In this document: piece after piece, positions 48,662 to 53,959 of the stretch
Layout of the letters: every line of letters begins with the position of its first letter
Position numbering within the stretch: position 1 is the stretch's first letter
DNA from: Fibrobacteria bacterium
GTDB taxonomy: Bacteria > Fibrobacterota > Fibrobacteria > UBA11236
Direction of reading: 5' to 3'
Assembly (NCBI GenBank): GCA_043732185.1
Contig: JAYTHY010000126.1
Coordinates: 1-53,959, forward strand
Length of the DNA stretch: 53,959 nucleotides
The notes under the pieces: generated by a model
Database searches by the model: none
Seen by the model: only the letters and a program-made list of their open reading frames with translations
What the model was told of the DNA's origin: nothing
Position numbers and translations under genes: made by a program

Positions 48662-49825
48662 ATGAAAAACTTCATCCGTCCATGGTTCGTATTAGGATTT
48701 GCTTCAGCCAGCGTTTGTATTGGGCAAACCCTTGTCACCCAATCCGATCCGCTCCTCATGGCTGCGGCCTTTACCTCTTTTTCAGCAAAAGTGCATACAC
48801 GATATGACTCGAAATATTTTTACGTGGAATCTAATGGAATACCGGATCATGTGATGATGAAGGGCATCACGGGTTGGCAACAGCAGGTGCCACTGCCTCA
48901 ATGCTACTTAGACGCAAATGCCTGGAGCATTCCCTTAAGTCCGGTTATGGCATCAGTTGTGGTTCCAGTAAATCCCAGTCATTTCACACGTGGGGCCATC
49001 GCCGTGGCCACCAATGGCATTCCTATTTTCAACCCGTATACCAATACGGGCGTTGATGCCCTGGTCGACGGGCAGCTCGATATTTTCGGCGGTCATTGCG
49101 GCCGCGCGGACGATTATCATTATCATACGGCCCCGCTTCACCTGGAGTCGTTGGTAGGCACTGGCAATCCGATTGCATATGCTTTGGATGGCTTTGCTAT
49201 TTATGGTTCCAAGGAACCGGACGGTGGGACGATGGCTACCCTGGATGCGAACCATGGTCATCTGGGTTCAAATGGTGTGTATCACTATCATGGCACAGCG
49301 GCTTCGCCATATATGATAGGCAATATGGTCGGCGTGGTTACGGAGGATGGCACCAAGCAAATCATACCCCAAGCCCAGGCGAGACCGGTGCGCGGAGACT
49401 ATGGGCCCTTACGCGGGGCAACCATCACCCAATGCCTTCCGCATAGCAGCAATATGGGTTTTACCCTTGTGTACACCCTCAGCTCCAAAACGGATTCCGT
49501 GGTTTTTGACTGGACCAGCACCGGGTCGTATGTCTTCCAATACTATACGGCAACGGGCAAGGTCGATTCAACCTATAAGGGATCGGCGTTGTGCACTATC
49601 CCGGTAACAGCTGTGAAAAAACTGGGAGGTTTGCAACCAGAAAAAAAACTCCTTGAAGTGGCGTTCTACCGCCTAAATGGAAAACTGGTTTATAAGGCTA
49701 CAAACATGCAGCATGGCAAACGATTTGCAACCCAAACTAGCGGTATCTACTTGATGAAACTGCGTTACACAGGTTCTTCAACAACTCAGAAACTCATCCT
49801 TCCCTTGCAGGCGATAACCCTATGA
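48662..49825 (+). CDS. YHYH domain protein with T9SS-like CTD
   Basis: VESNGIPDH, GAIAVATNGIPIFNP, GGHCGRADDYHYH, IAYALDGFAIYG and GVYHYHGT. Tail FYRLNGKLV...GIYLMKL. Confidence 0.88.
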   Translation: MKNFIRPWFVLGFASASVCIGQTLVTQSDPLLMAAAFTSFSAKVHTRYDSKYFYVESNGIPDHVMMKGITGWQQQVPLPQCYLDANAWSIPLSPVMASVVVPVNPSHFTRGAIAVATNGIPIFNPYTNTGVDALVDGQLDIFGGHCGRADDYHYHTAPLHLESLVGTGNPIAYALDGFAIYGSKEPDGGTMATLDANHGHLGSNGVYHYHGTAASPYMIGNMVGVVTEDGTKQIIPQAQARPVRGDYGPLRGATITQCLPHSSNMGFTLVYTLSSKTDSVVFDWTSTGSYVFQYYTATGKVDSTYKGSALCTIPVTAVKKLGGLQPEKKLLEVAFYRLNGKLVYKATNMQHGKRFATQTSGIYLMKLRYTGSSTTQKLILPLQAITL

Positions 49826-51093
49826 AAAAAATAGTCCCAATGAAAATAGCGACCCTTTCCATATTATCCTTTTTGCAGGCGACGGTAGTGGCACAATACT
49901 CCGGAACGGGTTCGATAACCCAGGGTAAGGCGACGTGGGTCACACAGAATATTTACACCTGCTCCGGAGCCAAAGGACGGACTGGCGGAATAGGTACGAT
50001 CACTGCAACAGATAAAACGATATGGACCGTGCCCGCAGTGGTGCATTTTTCGGAATCGACTTTCCCAACGGCTCCGGATTTGAACAACGCCTGTACAGGT
50101 AAGAATTACGCGAATGCTACGATAGCGTTGGCGGCCCTGAAAACTTCGGACATTGTCAGCATAGATGCGGATGGAGAAGTCGTCACCGCCTATGTTTTTG
50201 CCGACAATTATTTTGAGATGTACATCAATGGCGTTCCTGTAGGCAAAGACGCCGTGCCGTATACGGAGTTCAATTCAAGTGTTATGCGTTTTAGGGTAAA
50301 GCAGCCCTTTACCATCGCCATGCAGCTTGTGGATTGGGAAGAGAATCCAGGACTGGGTACGGAAAACAACGGTTTCCTGTATCATGCAGGAGATGGGGGA
50401 ATGGTGGCAGTATTCAAGGACGCGTCAAACAACGTGCTGGCGATTACCGGTAAGGATTGGAAAGCGCAAACATTTTATACTTCGCCCTTGCAAGATCCTA
50501 CTTGCGTTAAGGAAAACGGGACATCCAGAATATCCAGTGCTTGCGCCGTACGAACAACCGGGAGTGGTCTAACTGATTTCGCCTTGTTCTGGAAAAAACC
50601 AACTGATTGGATGACAAAGGGCTTCGACGATTCGTCATGGCCATCCGCAACAACGTATACCAATTCGGAAATCGGCGTGGACAACAAACCGTCCTACACC
50701 AATTTTACGGACATATTCGATCCTTCAGTCAAAAACCCTGAATTTATCTGGAGCTCAAATGTTGTGCTAGACAATGATGTGGTTGTCCGGTATATGGTGG
50801 GAAAATCTACGGCCATCAAAGGCCATGCAAAGACTGATGAAAATGCAAACGCAAACGAAAATATTTTAATCCACCCTGAACTTCAGTCAGGGGCCGTTCG
50901 CATTCAATTACCGGACAGGAATTCCAGTACGCAAAGCCGGAAACTATTGGTCACCAATGCGACGGGTCAAGTCGTATTTAAATCAGAAAATCCAATATCC
51001 GAGTTAAGGCTTACTCGATTGCAATCCGGAATATATTGGTTGAAGCTATCCGGATATGGAAATCCGATCACCCAAAAGTTTTTGATACCCTAA
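49822..51093 (+). CDS. Secreted hypothetical protein (lectin-like beta domain) with T9SS type-A-like CTD
   Basis: Signal peptide, FADNYFEMYING and GFDDSSWPSA. Tail VTNATGQVV...LQSGIYWLKL...TQKFLI. ATGA-coupled to the YHYH gene. Confidence 0.75.
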   Translation: MKKIVPMKIATLSILSFLQATVVAQYSGTGSITQGKATWVTQNIYTCSGAKGRTGGIGTITATDKTIWTVPAVVHFSESTFPTAPDLNNACTGKNYANATIALAALKTSDIVSIDADGEVVTAYVFADNYFEMYINGVPVGKDAVPYTEFNSSVMRFRVKQPFTIAMQLVDWEENPGLGTENNGFLYHAGDGGMVAVFKDASNNVLAITGKDWKAQTFYTSPLQDPTCVKENGTSRISSACAVRTTGSGLTDFALFWKKPTDWMTKGFDDSSWPSATTYTNSEIGVDNKPSYTNFTDIFDPSVKNPEFIWSSNVVLDNDVVVRYMVGKSTAIKGHAKTDENANANENILIHPELQSGAVRIQLPDRNSSTQSRKLLVTNATGQVVFKSENPISELRLTRLQSGIYWLKLSGYGNPITQKFLIP

Positions 51094-51148
51094 GAATATT
51101 TGATACCAAAATTCATGCGGCCACCCAATAAAACCTTAAGGAACAAGT

Positions 51149-52237
51149 GTGAAACACGATCTTAAAATTTTGCAATGGACCTTGCTATTAAACTTTTGTG
51201 TCTTTGGAGGAACTGTTAAAAAGACCATGCTGCATCTGCCAGATACCGGGGAATCGACTGGATATAGCGATACGTTCGGAGAGGATGCAGACTATAGCTT
51301 CTATCCCCCAGGATTCACGGTGAACGGCAATGGAACCGTAACAGACACGGTAACGGGCCTGATGTGGCAAGCGGCAGATGGCGGCGAAATGGCTTTTGAA
51401 AAAGCCGGTATTTATTGTGATTCCCTGAATCTTGGAGGCTTTTCTGATTGGCGATTGCCAAATGCCCATGAAAGTTTCAGTATTCTGAATCATCAATTAT
51501 CAAATCCGGCCCTGAACGGGGCGGTATTCGCTAAATCCGAGGCTGAATATTGGTGGTCGAGCACGTTACAGGTCAATGATGGCACAAGAGTATGGGTGAC
51601 CAATTCAGGCGGCGGAGTTGGAAACCATCCGAAGAAGGAGACCATTAGTGCTGGTGGAGTCAAAAAATTTCATATTCGCGCCGTGAGAGATACCGCGACC
51701 TCGCAATCGGAAGTTGTACATTTTACAGAAAATGGAAATGGGACGGTAACGGACAATTTAACCGGATTGGTTTGGCAAAAAAAACCCTCAGAGGCAACGC
51801 TTACCTGGGTGCAATCCCTTGTTTACGCCGAATCTGTCTCCATCGGAGGAATAAAGGATTGGCGATTGCCTAATATCAAGGAACTGCAATCCATAAATGA
51901 CGAAACGGTTAGTAATCCTTCGTTGGACAGTAACTTTTTTGGAGTTACCGGGGCTAAGCGCTTTTGGTCGTCTACAACCTTGCCTAACCAAACAAATAGA
52001 GCCTGGTACTTGGACACACAGTTTGGCATTACAACTTACGATGATAAAGCCACACCGCATCTTGTGCTGGTTGTACGGGGCGGAGGCAATAGTGGTCCCA
52101 GTAAGTTGATTAAGCCAAAGTCCTCTGGCAGGAGCCCGATCGAACGTACCAGAATGGGTGATAGGGGTGGGATGGAAATATTTATCAATCCATTGACCTT
52201 GAGTAGGCGCACCTCTCTTTTAGGACGTCAGTATTAA
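51149..52237 (+). CDS. Tandem DUF1566 (Lcl C-terminal-like) domain protein
   Basis: Two copies of NGNGTVTD..TGL.WQ and GG..DWRLPN..E, each followed by an aromatic WSST motif (YWWSST, RFWSST). LPDTG motif at the N-terminus. Confidence 0.88.
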   Translation: MKHDLKILQWTLLLNFCVFGGTVKKTMLHLPDTGESTGYSDTFGEDADYSFYPPGFTVNGNGTVTDTVTGLMWQAADGGEMAFEKAGIYCDSLNLGGFSDWRLPNAHESFSILNHQLSNPALNGAVFAKSEAEYWWSSTLQVNDGTRVWVTNSGGGVGNHPKKETISAGGVKKFHIRAVRDTATSQSEVVHFTENGNGTVTDNLTGLVWQKKPSEATLTWVQSLVYAESVSIGGIKDWRLPNIKELQSINDETVSNPSLDSNFFGVTGAKRFWSSTTLPNQTNRAWYLDTQFGITTYDDKATPHLVLVVRGGGNSGPSKLIKPKSSGRSPIERTRMGDRGGMEIFINPLTLSRRTSLLGRQY

Positions 52238-52947
52238 TCGATTCCTGGCTTGCAATAGTACGCGGAATGTCTAGGAGCAGGTTTATTTTCTTCATTGGTG
52301 ACCAATACATCAAAAATTGTTTTTGCCTTTTCAGGAAAATTGAGATCTAGAAAAGTTGAATCCCAGCGGGTATCAAGGCTTGTGGAATAGCGATAACTTT
52401 CCATCGCTACCCCAGTTATTGGTTTGGGATTTCCAGAGAGGCTGAGGTTTTCATTCAGCTGCCGCATCCAAGTATCTCTTTGGACTACAGTTGATAGTTT
52501 AAAGACCTGCTTAATTACGGCGCGATCTGCTTTAGTAAAGCTCCTATAAAAACGAGGGCCGCAAATCGAATTGGCGATGTCCGTATCCGACGGGATTTGT
52601 CCCTTGCTGTTTCGAAATTGTGGCTTGCCTACCAAGGTGTATTTGGCAACGCGATGCTCCATTAAAATCAAGAGCATTATTTAAATCTTCCATATTTTCA
52701 ATGATCCGATAAGAATATTCAGTGCTGTTTATTTTTTTGACGGAATAGAACATTGAGTCAAAGTCAGGAATCACATCTTGACAGCGGACTAGTTTTGAAG
52801 ATAAGGAAATAGAGGGGCCGCTCCAAAGGGAGTCGTAATTTCCGCTACTGGTTCGATCTGGGCAATAACTTGCACTGGGGCATTGTTGGTCCCTTGTTCA
52901 CATGCGACTAAAGCGATAAGGCACAATAAGTCCAATACCTTCTTCAT
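52234..52947 (-). pseudogene. Frameshifted lipoprotein gene
   Basis: SD GGAGA and ATG 52947 give MKKVLDLLCLIALVAC (lipobox), stopping at TAG 52791-52789. The protein-like reading continues in a second frame (GNYDSLWSG...IIENMEDLNNALDFNG) and then returns to the first frame (ORF 52677-52234). Confidence 0.6.
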
Positions 52948-53058
52948 GATTTTCTCCAAACGGGTTGTTATTCCTGTTTTGATGTTTGTGCGGTATTAAT
53001 CCGCTAAAAATGGTTGAAAAACATTCGTTCCAATTCCAATCGATCCCCGTTCCTCTCC

Positions 53059-53143
53059 AAAACCGAAAAAGCCTCGGTTTTTAGGATTTTTGAGGGTGAA
53101 TGACGCTGTTTTTGAATAAATGGGGTTAGGATAAATTACCCCA
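53059..53143 (+). terminator. Two stem-loops in the divergent intergenic region
   Basis: AAAACCGA-N7-TCGGTTTT (53059-53081) and TGGGGT-N11-ACCCCA (53121-53143) followed by GTTTTTC. Confidence 0.35.
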
Positions 53144-53222
53144 GTTTTTCTTGGCGATGTTCCTGGATTTTTTAGCCAGCAACAGGTACTCTCTACACAT
53201 TATCATTCAAGTGGGAGGCATA

Positions 53223-53959
53223 ATGTTCAACAGCAAATCCTTTGCTCTAGGATTCACGGGTCTGGTCCTGGTGGGTTCCATGTTCTTGGGCTGCCAAGAA
53301 TTTTTAGGCCAGAAGTCTCCGGATGCTGCCGTTATAACTGAAAGTCAGACTCCCCAGGAAGTTGCCTTGCAACTGGCTATCAAGGATTCGGCCACCTGCT
53401 TGGACTTGAAAGAACGTGTCGAGGCCATCAGTGATAGTAATGCAGATGCGCAGAAGAGTCTCGATTCCATCTACATATCTAAGTGTGTGAAGGAAGTGGA
53501 GTCTGTTGACAATGGCAGAACGAATCCAGTTATCAAGCCAGAACTTATCCCTAATGATAAGACCCGCTGCAATTGGATTATGACCCAGATCGATATCGGT
53601 CGAGACGAGATGCTCTTAAAATTCCGATACTACTGTCCGGATGAATGCATGCGATTAGTGAAAGTAGATTCAATCACGCACCATGAGTACTGTCGTGATC
53701 CTAAGCCTGATTGCGAAGGACTCAAGACAAAACTTGCCACTGTGGATAAATCCACTGTGGACTTTGAACGCCTGAATCATCTCATCGGGGACGTTTGCGT
53801 GGTGCCTAAGCCCAAGTCCGAGCCGCCTGTGACCTCTGTAAAACCTGAACCACCGGTGACCACGGAATGCGATGGAATCAAGATGAAGTTGTCCCTGGTG
53901 GATCCCGCCTCGCCGGACTATGCGCGGCTCAAGCTGTACTATTCAGAGCATTGCCTAAA
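53223..53959 (+). CDS. Cys-repeat lipoprotein, 3'-truncated by the window edge (not in the ORF track)
   Basis: SD GGAGG and ATG 53223 give MFNSKSFALGFTGLVLVGSMFLGC (lipobox). The frame stays open to the end of the window. Confidence 0.85.
   Translation, partial: MFNSKSFALGFTGLVLVGSMFLGCQEFLGQKSPDAAVITESQTPQEVALQLAIKDSATCLDLKERVEAISDSNADAQKSLDSIYISKCVKEVESVDNGRTNPVIKPELIPNDKTRCNWIMTQIDIGRDEMLLKFRYYCPDECMRLVKVDSITHHEYCRDPKPDCEGLKTKLATVDKSTVDFERLNHLIGDVCVVPKPKSEPPVTSVKPEPPVTTECDGIKMKLSLVDPASPDYARLKLYYSEHCL

Noticed and set aside
49790..51110. Short direct repeats near gene junctions (TTGCAGGCGA x2; TTTGATACC x2)
   Set aside because: They are 9-10 bp, in only two copies, with no associated element, which is compatible with chance or micro-duplication.
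1..53959. CRISPR array, tRNA, rRNA, integrase or intact transposase
   Set aside because: No regularly spaced repeats, cloverleaf-like segments or recombinase/DDE motifs were found by eye. A covariance-model scan would be needed to exclude small RNAs.

Overview
This looks like a gene-dense bacterial chromosomal segment from a member of Fibrobacterota. The assignment is inferred from two TIGR02147/DUF4423-type paralogues, each followed by a lipoprotein, and from the Fibrobacter-style C-terminal secretion tails. In order, the window holds: a GH44 endoglucanase and a clan GH-A hydrolase; a first TIGR02147-lipoprotein module; a ~1,530-aa Ig-repeat/FGE-domain surface lipoprotein split by one frameshift; a His-motif membrane/TPR protein divergent from two paralogous outer-membrane barrels and a secreted ThuA-like protein; an OmpA/peptidoglycan-binding protein with an AT-rich C-terminus and two following genes (toxin-immunity-like); a YejABE/OppDF-type peptide ABC transporter interrupted by an inverted VWA gene and a stand-alone copy of its C-terminal domain; OmpA, FAH and ion-transporter genes; a sugar-transferase/deacetylase fusion; a small CPLWPFC-ended protein; a LarA-like protein; an eroded vapBC pair; an aminotransferase and argH; a second TIGR02147-lipoprotein module; a YHYH/DUF1566 cluster; a frameshifted lipoprotein pseudogene; and a Cys-repeat lipoprotein that runs off the right edge. 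I saw no rRNA, tRNA, CRISPR array or intact transposase. All family assignments come from reading motifs by eye, with no database search.
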